DNA of 64,000 bases, taken from the NCBI GenBank assembly GCA_002269645.1, contig NIVC01000434.1, positions 124,001-188,000 on the forward strand, in the 5' to 3' direction. Shown piece by piece: positions 33,674 through 49,879 of this stretch (position 1 is the stretch's first letter; each line of letters opens with the position of its first letter). Under the pieces are notes generated by a model. It saw only the letters and a program-made list of their open reading frames with translations, had not been told where the DNA came from and did not search any database. Source of the DNA: Macrostomum lignano (Eukaryota). The position numbers and the translations under genes are program-made.

Positions 33674-36600
33674 CACAAAACTATAGAAGTAAAGAAGACA
33701 TATTACTATCTGCTAGCCATGAAAAAAAGATTTGGCCAGTGCAGCTATGAGAATTTGTTTATGGTATCACTCTATCAGCACTAGAGAATCAATTTCCCAA
33801 GGAATTTTTGGATTGTGCCTTGTGAATCCTAGAGAATTTATTTTATTGTCATTCTATTCTATAGTTGGGAAGGTGACAATGTGACATGTATCTTGGGATT
33901 TCCTAGTGTACAATGGGTGCCAACCAATTTTGGCAACAAACAAATTTGATGACAGAGATTAATAATGGACCAATTTAACAAAAGCTAATTTAGCAACAAT
34001 CTGGGCAAATTTGGCGATAATTAATAAAGGGAAAAAATTGTGTATAATTTAGATAATTACTTTAATACAATGGTATTCTTCAGTGCATATTGGCTTTCCC
34101 TTTTAATTGAGTTTGTTTTATCTATCATTAATCCTTGTGAGTTTTGCAAGTCCTTTCCAAGAAATGTTTATTAATTTAAGGTTGGGCAGCCTTGTAATAA
34201 GCAAAGACCTTTGAGACTTGTAAAAATGAGAAAAACAATTTTCTTGTATGCCTAATAAGGTCTTTCCATTGGTTACAATGTTGGAGAAAGGGATTCGCAA
34301 AAATATGCCATGCAAAGAAAAATGACAATTTTAAAATTTCAAATGGTCCCCATGTACCATGTACATTGTACATATACCACATTCTCAAAATAAGCAGGAT
34401 ATCCAATGTAACAACACACCAACTGCAACTGCTTTCCAACCCCCTTTAAATCTGCCCTTGGGGCCTAATATATGCATATATACATTTGTCAAAAAAGTCC
34501 AGAGATAGAAAATGTGTGCTTAACATCTATGCTTGTGGGAAGTATTAATAGTAAAACATTATAGTTATATAGCAACTAGATAACAGTAGCAAATAGCAAT
34601 GAAAAATGAGCAGTTTGTAATATTCATTGAAAAATCTATTTGAAATAATGCAGTTTTGCAGTAAAAAAGCATAGATGAAGTACTCTTAATCAGATAGTAG
34701 AATAGTGGTTAGAATTTCTCACTAAAATATGATGGCTAAACATAGTATATAGCCTCTATTGGGGGTACAAGGAAGACAATAAATGAAGTTATTCCATTAT
34801 ATTGTACATTTAATATGCACATAGCTAGACATTTTTTATAGAGGCATATAACTAATAAGACTACTGCTTTATGTATTATGTAATATAACTTTTATACAAT
34901 TACATGCACTATCCACTGTGCCCACAGCCCTACAAGGGGGTACATCCCCTTATCCCCCTTGCCTATGGCATTGCTTGGCATACATTCTAATATACAAATG
35001 GATAGTATAGCATGTAAAAATGAATCTGTTACATAGTTTCACTTTTTTTGTCATATTTTAGCATGCAATCAACTACTACCTAAATTTCATTCTGGTATGC
35101 ATTTGCCACCTTCTTGAGTATGGTTTTTACCCCCTTTTTGGGTCTAGGGATGCAGTTACCTGCAGCTGCTATGAATTCATTATGCTAGAAAACAAACTGA
35201 CAATTCAGTGGTAATGGGATTAATCATTTGATTTAACAGTTGACATAATATTTAATTGTTTATGTCTTGATTCATTTATTGTGTGACAGGCCTTTTGGCT
35301 CTGTCTTTCTAAACTTCTAACTATTAGTGTTTATTAAATATCCTACGAGCTGCCACCAAAGTTGTTACAGGCCTTTCACCTCTTACTTTATCAATTTTAA
35401 TCCCACCGATTTGCCAACTACAGTTATCCTGATTATACTTGCTTTTACTCCCTAACTATTTCTTAGAATTTCATTTAAATATTTCTGGGTAGCGTTCTTA
35501 GTAGCGTTTCTGGTAGCTTATGGCTTGCTTTCTGGTAGCGTTCTAGTAGCTTATGGCCTGAGCGGTCTAGTACTGGTATATGTATTAGTGTATAGTCCTA
35601 ATCGGGCGTTCACCGAGACTAGAGGGTCACGGCGCCTCTCTTAGTATATCTCCAAGAATTAGTCCCAATTCCCTTCTCTTAGCAAATTTCTTAGAATCGT
35701 TTCACAGGTTTTGCAAATTAATAAGTCGCTATTTAGCTCAAAGACTTTGAAATGGTTTAGATTGAACTGCTTATTCTGTTCGCAATTATTTGCTCACGGG
35801 TAAAAGACAGTTGTTTTATTTGCTATAAAATCGCTCCTATATATAGTGGTTTCCCCCCCCCATACGATTAAAACAAAAAAATAATTCCCCAATTTATTTT
35901 GCGCAGTAAAACAAAAATATTCGGTACGGTAAAACAAAATATTTATCTAGTATTTCGCACAAGTTTAGTTTCTAAGAAAACATACCTTTATTGCTCAAAA
36001 TTCGTACAGTATTGAAGCACTACTACAACTGATATGCATAACTGAGTTGCTAATATTCAAAGTGAAAAGAAAAAACTTGTTATAGTTGGTTTGCATTTAG
36101 TATAGAATAATTTAAACAGCCCATACTATGTCCTTTTCTTTTTAATTTTTAACTATGCTTTTTAAAATTTGTTTTTTTGTATTTTCATTGTAGGCTTTCT
36201 TTTTTTGTTTATTTTGAACTCTTAGTCTGACCCTTATTGAGGCATTTATTGTGGATTTTTACAATTACCTTATTTTTATTGACCATTTGTCAATGCCCCT
36301 ATATCATATATAAAAATTTCTACCAAAATACATTCAAAGCTTCTAACTCCTAACTGTCTACATTCATCTATCTTAACAAAAGTACCAATAGAAGTAGTAA
36401 ATAGAAATAGAAATGATAAAACAGCTGCTTATTTAAGAAAAATGTTACTCTTGTGCCAGATGATGTTTCAATGTTTCATTACTAGCTGTTGTTTCTATTT
36501 GATATAATAATCAACAAACTGTCACGTTAGATTACCAAATAGTTAACATATGATCTATATTCTATGCTGGAGATTATGTAGGTTGTGCTATAAATTTCTG

Positions 36601-36921
36601 GCTTAAGTTGGTTTGGAGATTAGACATTAGCATTGGCATGGACAAAAACAGCAATAATGCAAAAACATTATGAAAAATGTTTTTTGTTTTTACTTTATAT
36701 TCCTATATACTAAAAATTATTTGTCTCTAGATATCTAGGTATGTGGTTAATTTTAGAAAAAAAATGGCTCAAGCAATTTTTGCAAAACTTGTACTTAAAC
36801 ATTAAACTAATTTAAAATTTATGATATAAAACTGACATAATTGAGTACTTCTAAGCCATATACCAATAACTTCAATAATAAATTGTTTTGTAATCAAGTG
36901 AATTGGTTTCCATTAACCATC

Positions 36922-38307
36922 ATGTATGGACAGCAGCCATATTCAATGGGCAGCCACAGTTCACCAATGCCACCTGCTACCAGCCAATCCAGTGGTGGAG
37001 GCGGTAGCACCAGCTTTGACTCCAATGTTCTGGGACTCTTGCGCAATATGGAACGCGAAGATTTGCAGAAGTTAAATGATCAAACAATTGAAACTTTAAT
37101 CTCTGACGATACTGATGTAAGTTTTTCTAGATTTGTTTTTCATGAATAGTGTGTGCAATTCAAATATATAATAGGTAAACGGCGGGAGTAACTATAGCTT
37201 TATTACATTATGATATTGCCTCGTCATCTCATTTGTGCTTCAAGAGCTGTTTAGACAAAAAAATTTTTTATTTTGTAAGTTTTATTTTTTTAAATAATAA
37301 GAAACAAGACGATGTTCATCTTGATTTTGCTTTACTAGCAGTAGAAAAAAATAGAAAGTCTTCATTTTTCAAATTTCAAAAAAAAATCAAATGATTTTTC
37401 TACTTACAGTAAAAAAAGTGGGAAAATACTTAGGAAAGCAAACTATAATGACCCATGAGGTACATGTGTACATGTCTAAGTCAGATAGTGTACATGTCTA
37501 AGTCAGAGTGTACATGTCTAAGTCAGAGAGTGTACATGTCTAAGTCAGAGAGTGTACATGTCTGATGATTCCAAAGTCAGATCCACTGTACACCCTTTGC
37601 GAGCGTGTTTATGAGCGCTGTGCTCAGGAGTCAGCGGATTGGGCAGAATTGCCTCATTGCTGGTCAGGGAACGATTTTGCTGGAGGCCTTTGTGACTAAA
37701 AATGAACTATTTACACCCCGGTTGGCTCCAAGAATCATTGGCAATTATTTTAAATTTGTTTTTACTCCAGTTAAACAAACTGCAAGAGGTCAAGCTAACC
37801 GAGAGCGCCACAAATCGCAGCCTGGCTGAGCACAATCTCAGCCAGCAGTCCCGAATCGAACAGGGTCGCCGAGCTCTGATCTCGGCGCATAAAGAGGCCG
37901 CAGATCTGGGCCGTCATCACCGAGAGCTCACTAGCCGCCTATCCGGCGGTCAGCAGGGCGAATCCCTTGAGACCCTGCACTCGCTGCTTCAATCTGCCTG
38001 CTTAGAAGCCGAAGAGAAAAGCGATTCAATTCTGGACCAGTTTCAATCCAAGCGAATGTCCCTGCCGGAGTTTATTAATAAATACACGGAAGCCAGGGCG
38101 CTGTATCACACTAGGCGGGCTAAAACTGACAAAGTTACCGAGATTTCTAATCAAAGAATTGTTCAGGCCTCGTCAGCTTATCGGACTACCAACATGCCTC
38201 CTGCAATGCCGCCTGTGGGACCGTTCGGTCCGCCGCCCGTGCCGCCGCAGCATGCCGCCATGCCGCCATATTATTATCCGCCTAATTACTACGGCGGTCG
38301 ACCTTGA
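36922..38307 (+). CDS. VPS37: ESCRT-I subunit VPS37 (Mod(r) domain), 2 exons, ~243 aa
   Basis: Exons 36922-37116 and 37771-38307, phase 0; NRSLAEHNL..., EAEEKSDSILDQF..FINKYTEARALYHTRRAKTDK; Pro/Tyr-rich tail. Confidence 0.82.
37465..37565. repeat. Short 20-22-bp tandem repeat (GTGTACATGTCTAAGTCAGA) in the VPS37 intron
   Basis: About five units visible. Confidence 0.8.
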
Positions 38308-39346
38308 ATTTAATTGGTTTGTTATTATCTGCTGGCTGCTGTTGGCTTGTGCGGTGTCTGCGGCAGCTCATGACTGCAGTCTGCAGAGACCGCATATTTT
38401 TTTACCGTTGAGATTCTAGTTCTGTCTTGCGAGTATGACATTCTCCCCTTCAGCCTCCCAGCTCCTTTGAAGTTTGAATTCCTAATTCCGGTTATTTCCC
38501 TTCAATTCATCTTTCCGACTCTTAGAAATGTAATTTACCATTTCCTTCTTCTTTCCGGGAAAGTTAGACGACCTTTCCCGTGAATCTGAAATTCTCTCTA
38601 GCTTTAATTTCTTTTGGATATTAAAAAAACAATACATCATATCTCAAACTTTTTAGATCGTCTGACGGAAAGATTGCAACAATGGTCAGAGACAAACAGT
38701 GATTTTGATTACTCAATTAACTCAATTATTGTGTATTCATAATGAAGTGCTGCAAAGTGCTTTGTTTCATCTCTCTTAGTAATGGAGCCAATGTGAATTT
38801 TTTATTTTTGTAAATACTTTCCTAAGAGTTCAACCCTATGAAAATTAAATATCGTTCATATATCTACTGCACGTGAAGGATGCTATAATTCTTTTTTAAA
38901 AGTACTCGATTTGCACTAAGCTATTTATTACCCCGACTGCACTCTGTGTTGCTACTGTTCAATTCAGTTTCTATTCATGGTTGTCCAATGCTGTTGAGCT
39001 TTGACTTTTAATTGAAACCATAGAAAGAGAAACTATTGGCTAATTATTACTTCATAGTACACTTCAAGGCTATGCAAATAAAAGCTTTGTTAAAAATGAG
39101 TGCTATCTGCTTTCAGTGTCGATTTTATTTACGTTGTAGTATCAATGTAGCACAAAATTTCCCCAGTTCTAAATATTCATTCGTAGCGCTCAGATCTTGA
39201 TTGCTTAGCCACTTCCAGTCCCGCAATTCCTCAATATCCTTACCACCCTCCAAGATTCTCATTGCTAGACAGATCCCAATACTTGCTCACCTATCAGGCG
39301 AATCACTACATATTAACCGGCATCGTCACGGCGCATTGAATTTCAG

Positions 39347-41848
39347 TATTTTCGTTTGTTAAAAAATCTGCTTGCTGCTGCTTCTAAAAGCAGACAGCGG
39401 CTAAACGCATTTTCTGGTCCGTCTCAGCTTCGAGTCTTGTCATCGTCAGCTACTAAGGAGAATCAAGCCCAAGTTATCCGTTGCCATAGCGACAAGAAAC
39501 GCGAAGATAAAAGCCGCTCGAATGGCGGCACTTTTGCCGCTGTAACCGCCTCAGTTGCTATGGCGACTGTTGCCGTTAACAGAGATAAAAATAATGAAGA
39601 AAAAGATAAGCCTGAAAATGCGAATTTGCCCACTGTCACATTAGAAGAGGTTGCAAAGCACAACAGCTTGCAGACAGGTGTCTGGGTTATTTATCAGGTA
39701 ATTGCTGCTTGGTGAGCACATGATTATCGATAAAAACACAAGTGATTTTCAGTGGCGAGTACAGCTGCTTATCAAAGGCGATTAATAATGTTGTGAGTAC
39801 GAATGATTATCAATGTCAAGCAAAAACGATCAATTGCGAGCACATATGATTTGTAAATAGTGAGTGCAAATTATTATCAATAGCGAGCGCAAATGATTGT
39901 CAATGGCGAGCGCAAATGATTGTCGATGGCGAGCAAAAGTTGATTATGAGTATAAATGGTGAGTACAGATGATTATCAATGATGAGCACAGGATATGATC
40001 AATGGTAAGCACAGGCTACTTCACTCCAACTCCAGAACACAGTGTACGACGTGACCAACTTCGTAGACAGCCACCCAGGCGGCGAGAAGATACTACTAGC
40101 CGCTGGCAAAGACGTCGAACCATTCTGGGATCTGTACGCGGTGCACAAGTCTCCGCACGTGCTGAGCATCCTAGCTGAGTACGCCATCGCTCGTCTGACA
40201 GCAGCAGATGCTCTTGAGCTTCAGCGTCGCAAAGCTTCCGAACAATCAGACGACGGTGGCAAGTTTGCCAACGAGCCAAAACGTTCACCTCTGCTGGTGC
40301 CAATTAATAAACGACCTTACAATGCGATGTCACCGCCAGAAATTCTCATGGACCACTACTACACTCCCAATGCCATTCATTTTGTTAGAAACCATCTGCC
40401 AGTGCCTAAGCTACCCGAGGACGCCAATTCTTACAGGGTCAAACTGGATCTGAAGGATCCAACTAACGAAGAGAAAGTCAATCGCAGTCTAAACGTTACT
40501 GTTGAGCAATTGCGCAACGATTTTCCTCGAGTTAGTTACGACGTTACGCTTGCATGCGCCGGCAATAGGCGCAACGAGATGGCGCAATGGCGTCAAGCTA
40601 GAGGTCTGGAATGGCGCCAAACTGCGGTGTCGAACGCGCGCTGGACTGGCGCGCCTCTGCATTTGGTGCTGAAGAAGCTATTTGGTTTAGACTTGGATAA
40701 GGCTAGGAAACTGGGCTACAGGCATGTGCAGTTTGAAGGCATGGATGGGGACAGCATTACAGGCGACTTTTATGGCGCTTCGGTGCCTGTGGAAGTGGCG
40801 CTTGATGAGTCGCGTGGTCTCCTGCTGGCGTACGAGATGAACGGAGAGGCGATACCAGCCGATCATGGGTATCCGCTGAGGGTTATTGTGCCTGGTTAGT
40901 GGCTTTATTGGCTTCTGTGTCTATGTTAGTTCACTGCTCTGTGTTAAGCGTGAGAACCGTTTCTAAACTGTACAAGCTAGATTCTAGAGAGTTGTCTAAA
41001 ATCTACCCATAAGATTCTCGAAATATTCTTAGAATCGTCTCTAATTCGCCCTGGGAATCACATTTGAGACACTTACCCTAGAATTTCCAATAAACCATAC
41101 TGAAAACAATCTTTTCCACTACTTAATATTTCTACAAAATAAACTAATTTAAAATTGTCTCTGAAAGCCGACCCTGAGAAATGCTAAAAATCATTCTGAC
41201 GAGATAAAAACCGTATGAAACACCAAAGCGTAAAATCCATCAAACAAAAAACTCGGCATCGCAGGCGCCATCGGAGCCCGCAGCGTCAAGTGGCTTTGCC
41301 GCATCGCTCTCAGCCGGCAAGAGAGCTCCAGCTTCTGGCTGCGTAGCGACTACAAGACGTTTCAACCCTCCTTGTACACACCAACTGTTGAAGATTTCGT
41401 TCGGGCGCCTGCTCAACTTTATTGGCCAGTGGTTAGCGCCATCTGTTGGCCGCCGGATGGTCACGTGATCAGGGACGGCTACGGCGCTGACGAAGACGAA
41501 GTTGTGCAAATCCGTGGCTACGCGTTCAGCGGCGCCGGAGCTGGCGTAGTCCGAGTGGAAGTGACCACGGACGACGGCAATACGTGGCAATTGGCCCAGT
41601 GGTGTAACTTGGATGATGCTCCTGATGATGTTGATGATTCTTTGCATCAACCGTTCGGTCAGCGCTGGGCTTGGCGCCTTTGGGAGGCGACGGTTCCAGC
41701 GCCGAAGCCTGGCCAAAGTGTCACCATAGCTTGCAAAGCTGTTGACGATAATGGGAATCAACAGCCGGAACGATGGAGGTCGGTGTGGAATGCTCGGGGT
41801 CTGCTTGGCAACGCGTGGCATCGAGTCACCGTGAAGAGAGACCAGTAG
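39347..41848 (+). CDS. SUOX: Sulfite oxidase copy 1 (targeting leader + cytochrome b5 + Mo-cofactor + dimerisation domains), ~597 aa plus an unlocated initiator
   Basis: Exons 39347-39697, 40036-40894, 41265-41848; HPGG, FVRNH, LACAGNRR, DHGYPLRVIVPG|AIGARSVKWL, DYK, WNARG; frame intact; exon 1 starts at an acceptor with no ATG. Confidence 0.93.
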
Positions 41849-41910
41849 ATCGCGACTGGGGAGTGTCTCATCCGCATGGGTTTTTCCGCTACGTGCGTAC
41901 CCCGTAAGAA

Positions 41911-41950
41911 CCGTAAAGACGATCTCTTGTTGTGAGGACCCAATACTTAT
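41911..41950 (+). ncRNA. Degenerate spliced-leader-like sequence (pseudogene or variant)
   Basis: CCGTAAAGACGATCTCTTGTTGTGAGGACCCAAT matches 28/34 of the Macrostomum SL exon as I recall it (CCGTAAAGACGGTCTCTTACTGCGAAGACTCAAT...); terminal ATG, donor and Sm site not seen. The reference is from memory. Confidence 0.5.
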
Positions 41951-41952
41951 AG

Positions 41953-43708
<1,756 letters not shown>

Positions 43709-45729
43709 TATAGATCAGTTTATACATCGCAATTGAAAGCAATAGTTCCAGCGGTATTGTGAGCTAAAATCAAATACAAAGAATCTATCAACAACGCGAT
43801 TAGTCTTATTGTTAGCAGCCAAAGATTATGGCATTGCTAAGCACTCTAAGTTGTTCGTTGCTTTGAAAATAAGCTGTAGTGGTTCCCTTGCTAGAGCGTC
43901 ATGACGCCTGCTATCTGTGACCACAGTAATGCAGCATCAGCTACTACAGCAGTATAGCAAGGCGTAACCTTACTATACTGATACCTGTACAACCCACACA
44001 GAGGCACCTAGGAATGTCGCAACACCGCAAGTTTCAGTGGAAAATCTATTACACCAAAGTGACTCCCGATCATCCTACTAACTGTATCTCAGGTACGTGT
44101 AAGACTATACGCCTGTCGATTTCAGCTAGCTACAGTAATCCAAGTCGGGCACTTGTACCGAGTCACTAAAGTAATAACTTATCATAATATACCAGCTCTG
44201 CTTATCATCTGATAGAACCATGCATCAAATCACTCCTTAGTTTCGTTTCTTTCGGATGGATGCTCATTCTGCCAGAGCATAGAAAACTCTTTCTAGTCAA
44301 AGCGCCCCTTTCATACTCTTCACATACTCTTTCTCATAGCCCTTCATATTCTTCATACAGAGGATGAGAAAGAAGTATCAAGGCGCCAAGGTTAGGGGAA
44401 TAGGTTGTATGAGGCTGCAAATGGGAGTTGTCTTGACTGGAAAAACTCCTTTTGGCTTTGGAAACCGGAGCGATGTCATGGTGATGGTGAAGAAGACTGA
44501 AAAGTGCTCATCAGCAACTCCTAGGGCACTGTGGTAAGCACACTGTGGCAGTCACTTTTTACAGGGTGGGTGTATGAAAACTACATTTTTAAATGAAGCT
44601 GCTATTTCAGACTATATACAAACATAATGAGATCATAAAATTGCTATATAAATGTGTTGCTCTAAGACTGTAAGTGTTGTCCCTTGATCTTGATGCAAAT
44701 AAAAGCATTGCAGCGTGCTTTGATAAACATAAGAGGTTTTTGCTTCTCAGTGTCAAAAAAAGTAATCTTTTTCTTCATTATTGATTATTTTCTTGATGTT
44801 TAAGTGTCGAAATAGCAGATCCCAGAACCCCCAGATCCTCAGTTGTTAGGCCACTTCCAACATTGATTCAGAGCACAGGAATTTCCCGCAGATGATTTGC
44901 CCGCAACGCTGAACTAACAGTAATGTAAAATAGATTTAGCTAATTGCCGACCAAGGCAAGCTTTTTTACTGGGTTAAGAAAAGAGACACTTTTATTACCA
45001 GCGAGGCTTTATTATCATGGGGTGAGAGACTTTAGCTAAATACTAATAAAACGCGAAAAAAGGCTAGGTTTCTCTGTTAATAGTGGGCTGACGGGTTAGA
45101 AGTCAAATCTCGCTGTAGTTGAAGCAATGAAAGGGACAGAAAAGGGTGTGGACTTTGGACTCTGCAGCTCCGCGTGGCAGTCTTTCCGGGGAGGGTGTAA
45201 TTGTACAACTTTGCATGGATAGTTAGCGCTGGCTGAGCTCATGACATTAGACAAGGACGAAAAGCCAAAACTCTTGACCTTACATTACTGACCTAGTTTT
45301 TTTAAAGTTATACTATGTAGCAATGATAAGGAGCTGTCAGATTGACAAAAACTCCAATTCAAACTTGAAACACTAGTGTATGACGTACGAGTACAGCAAA
45401 ACAGGTGCATTTTTGTGTATGAAGAATAATATCGTGATAAAGCCAGGTATAGTTAGATTTAAGAGCTTTTATCTAATCCCTGGATTTTACTAATTTCTAC
45501 TTTGCACTATAAGAAAAAGCATTGCGGGCAAATCTCAGAGGTCAATTCTCATTGCCTCCAACATTCCAGATCCTCCGTTATTGGGCATCCCCCCAGATCT
45601 TCAGTTGCTAAGCCACCCATATCCCTCAGTTGCTAGGCCACCCTTTCAGATCATCAGTAGCTAGGCAGATGCCACAATACTTGCTCCTAGCAGACCACCT
45701 TCTACACTTGAACCGGCATTGAATTTCAG

Positions 45730-48103
45730 TATTTGCGTCAGCTAAAGAATCTCACTGGGACAGCGGTATGCTGTCGCCAGCTGCTTGCTGCTGCTTCTAA
45801 AAGCAGCCAGCGTCTAAACGCATTTTCTGGTCCGTCTCAGCTTCGAGTCTTGTCATCTTCAGTTACTAGGGAGAATCAAGCCCAGGTTAACCGTTGCCAT
45901 GGAGACAAGGAACGCCAAGAAAAAAGCGGCTCAAATGGCGGCACTTTTGCTGCTGTAGCCGCCACTGCTGCCTCTGTTGCTATGGCGACTGTTGCGGTTA
46001 ACAAAGATACTAATAATGATGAAAAAGATACCTCTGGAAATGCAGCGAATTTGCCCAGTGTCACATTAGAAGAGGTTGCAAAGCACAACAGCTTGCAGAC
46101 AGGTGTCTGGGTTATTTATCAGGTAATTGCTGCTTGGTAAGATAATTACTATACTATACAGATACTTGAGTACTCGTACAGTTCCATCTTTTAAGTACAC
46201 GAAATAATTAATGGTGAGCACAGATGATTATCAATGGTGAGCACAGATAGTGATGAATGGTAAGCACAGGCTACTTCACTCCAACTCCAGAACACAGTGT
46301 ACGACGTGACCAACTTCGTAGACAGCCACCCAGGCGGCGAGAAGATACTACTAGCCGCTGGCAAAGACGTCGAACCATTCTGGGATCTGTACGCGGTGCA
46401 CAAGTCTCCGCACGTGCTGAGCATCCTAGCTGAGTACGCCATCGCCCGTCTGACAGCAGCAGATGCTCTTGAGCTTCAGCGTCGCAAAGCTTCCGAACAA
46501 TCAGACGACGGTGGCAAGTTTGCCAACGAGCCAAAACGTTCACCTCTGCTGGTGCCAATTAATAAACGACCTTACAATGCGATGTCACCGCCAGAAATTC
46601 TCATGGACCACTACTACACTCCCAATGCCATTCATTTTGTTAGAAACCATCTGCCAGTGCCTAAGCTACCCGAGGACGCCAATTCCCACAGGGTCAAACT
46701 GGATCTGAAGGATCCAACTAACGAAGAGAAAGTCAATCGCAGTCTAAACGTTACTGTTGAGCAATTGCGCAACGATTTTCCTCGAGTTAGTTACGACGTT
46801 ACGCTTGCATGCGCCGGCAATAGGCGCAACGAGATGGCGCAATGGCGTCAAGCTAGAGGTCTGGAATGGCGCCAAACTGCGGTGTCGAACGCGCGCTGGA
46901 CTGGCGCGCCTCTGCATTTGGTGCTGAAGAAGCTATTTGGTTTAGACTTGGATAAGGCTAGGAAACTGGGCTACAGGCATGTGCAGTTTGAAGGCATGGA
47001 TGGGGACAGCATTACAGGCGACTTTTATGGCGCTTCGGTGCCTGTGGAAGTGGCGCTTGATGAGTCGCGTGGTCTCCTGCTGGCGTACGAGATGAACGGA
47101 GAGGCGATACCAGCTGATCATGGGTATCCGCTGAGGGTTATTGTGCCTGGTTAGTGGCTTTATTGGCTTCTGTGTCTATGATAGTTCACTGCTCTGTGTT
47201 AAGCGTGAGAACCGTTTCTAAACTGTACAAGCTAGATTCTAGAGAGTTGTCTAAAATCTACCCATAAGATTCTCGAAATATTCTTAGAATCGTCTCTAAT
47301 TCGCCCTGGGAATCACATTTGAGACACTTACCCTAGAATTTCCAATAAACCATACTGAAAACAATCTTTTCCACTACTTAATATTTCTACAAAATAAACT
47401 AATTTAAAATTGTCTCTGAAAGCCGACCCTGAGAAATGCTAAAAATCATTCTGACGAGATAAAAACCGTATAAAACACCAAAGCGTAAAATCCATCAAAC
47501 AAAAAACTCGGCATCGCAGGCGCCATCGGAGCCCGCAGCGTCAAGTGGCTTTGCCGCATCGCTCTCAGCCGGCAAGAGAGCTCCAGCTTCTGGCTGCGTA
47601 GCGACTACAAGACGTTTCAACCCTCCTTGTACACACCAACTGTTGAAGATTTCGTTCGGGCGCCTGCTCAACTTTATTGGCCAGTGGTTAGCGCAATCTG
47701 TTGGCCGCCAGATGGTCACGTGATCAGGGACGGCTACGGCGCCGACGAAGACGAAGTTGTGCAAATCCGTGGCTACGCGTTCAGCGGCGCCGGAGCTGGT
47801 GTAGTCCGAGTGGAAGTGACCACGGACGACGGCAATACGTGGCAATTGGCCCAGTGGTGTAACTTGGATGATGCTCCTGATGATGTAGATGATTCTTTGC
47901 ATCAACCGTTCGGTCAGCGCTGGGCTTGGCGCCTTTGGGAGGCGACGGTTCCAGCGCCGAAGCCTGGCCAAAGTGTCACCATAGCTTGCAAAGCTGTTAA
48001 CGATAATGGGAATCAACAGCCGGAACGATGGAGCTCGGTGTGGAATGCTCGGGGTCTGCTTGGCAACGCGTGGCATCGAGTCACCGTGAAGAGAGGCCAG
48101 TAG
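45730..48103 (+). CDS. SUOX: Sulfite oxidase copy 2 (tandem paralog)
   Basis: Exons 45730-46122, 46291-47149, 47520-48103; exons 2-3 lie exactly 6255 bp from copy 1; same motifs, frame intact; exon 1 starts at an acceptor with no ATG. Confidence 0.93.
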
Positions 48104-48934
48104 ATCGCGACTGGGAAGTGTCTCATGTCTTATATAGTTTTTTGTTGAGCCTTTGACTAATCTTATCACTCGTAATGTACTTTTTCTCGGCTCGGTCTTC
48201 TTATCTTTTTTTTTCTTCCCGCTCTAATCTAGTCTATCTCCATCTAATCTCGTCTAATTTGATCTTTCCTCTTCTTTTCCAAGAAGTCGCCAATGCAAGC
48301 AACCATGAAGCAGGCTTGAGTCTAGACGACGATTTATTTATTTAATATTTTTAAACATTTATCTGCATGTAGTACTCGTATTTTTTAGACTTACTCAGCG
48401 AAAGCTATCAGTCTAAACAATGTTTTAAACGCATACAATATTTGCTTTCTGCACGTTTAACCATACCACAGGTGCTTTATCATTAGCTTATTGAATTATC
48501 ATAATTGGTTTAATTATTCACTTGATATCTCAATAATTTTTTGTCTGGCGCCTTTACCTGTTGTTTTGGACGAATCTCGTTTGATGCAAACAATTTTTGC
48601 ATGCATGTACAGTAATTTGCTATTTTAGTTTAACTAGTTTGTCAGATTTTTTTATTATGGTCATGGCTATTTTCCTTTTTTCTCAATACGTCAGGTTTAT
48701 AAAATGATGCAAATTTAAATTGTTTTATCTCATTAATTTTTCTATCCGTTGGTGTCTGCAGCTGGCCACAGATAACAAAACGTTAACGTTTTTTGTATAA
48801 AAATATACCAAATAGCTACATTAGAAATTGAGGCACATGAAAGTTTTAAGTTCTTCCACACCTCATTAGTTTCTATGGCATATAATCATTGCCATAGTTT
48901 CCCCAGTGTGAACACCTTACCAACTTTAAAAATC

Positions 48935-49140
48935 TCTCACCCTCAATGTACAGTCCTTGCCAACCCCAATAATCTCTCACCCTCAATGTACAGTCCTTGC
49001 CAACCCAATAATCTCTCACCCTCAATGTTCAGGCCTTGCCAACCCCAATAATCTCTCACCCTTAATGTACAGGCCTTGCCAACCCCAATAATCTCTCACC
49101 CTCAATGTACAGCCCTTGCCAACTCCAATAATCTCTCACC
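48935..49140. repeat. ~40-bp tandem repeat (CCAACCCCAATAATCTCTCACCCTCAATGTACAGTCCTTG)
   Basis: About five units. Confidence 0.85.
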
Positions 49141-49879
49141 CAGTTTACGGCCCTTACCAATTATTTCTCACACATCATTTATTCAGATAAAAGCCCCAAA
49201 TTTAGTCATTGTAATTAAGTTTTGTTTGACAATTAAATATCATTGTTTTCTTATCTTTATTGTTTCTAGACTTTATTAACTTCGCTTTCATTCCAATACC
49301 TCGCTTTATGTATTGAAAGTTTAGCTTGTTCTATTCATTGCACAGATTTTTTGGTTACTGACAGAATCTCGTGTGTTTTACTATGAAAGCTTTTTTCTAA
49401 TCTAAAACCATTATTTAACCCCTTTTATTGCTCAAAATCCTACCATCCTAAAATAGCTATCGCTATGATATTTGATCAAATCATGCATGCGTTGATCGCT
49501 TCTTCAATATGAAAATAAATTTAAACTCAACTAAATAAACTGCAGATTCAGCCTTTAAGATCAAGTATTAATAATTACGTATACAACGATAAATGTATAG
49601 ATAGTCTGGCTTTGCCTAATTATAGGTAACAAGCTGTTAAAACCCGCGGATTTTGAACCCGGGGAATTCCAATCCCCGGAACTATTTTTGCATATTGAGA
49701 TTAAACTCAAACAAAAACATTTATTAGTTGGGATAGAGTTAAACATAAAAATAGAGTACATTCGTGTAAAATTAGGATTTGAGGCAAACATTGATATTGT
49801 TGGCTGGGGTGCTGCGCAGAATGTCAGGAAAACTCTGGCCTCTACCTCTGCCTCTCCCTATTTCCATTGCATCCTTTGA

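Noticed and set aside
41240-41821. Long antisense ORFs over SUOX exon 3 (also 47495-48169) and over boule and Mx exons
   Set aside because: Shadow ORFs of GC-rich coding sequence with no independent features.
39356-41848. SUOX copy 1 as a LINE-disrupted pseudogene
   Set aside because: The LINE inserts about 110 bp after the stop codon; all three exons splice in frame with catalytic motifs intact.
44361-44533. Possible upstream exon of SUOX copy 2 (AG...GTAAGC, open frame from ATG 44364)
   Set aside because: Ends in phase 2 whereas the SUOX exon needs phase 0; no counterpart before copy 1; no recognisable protein.
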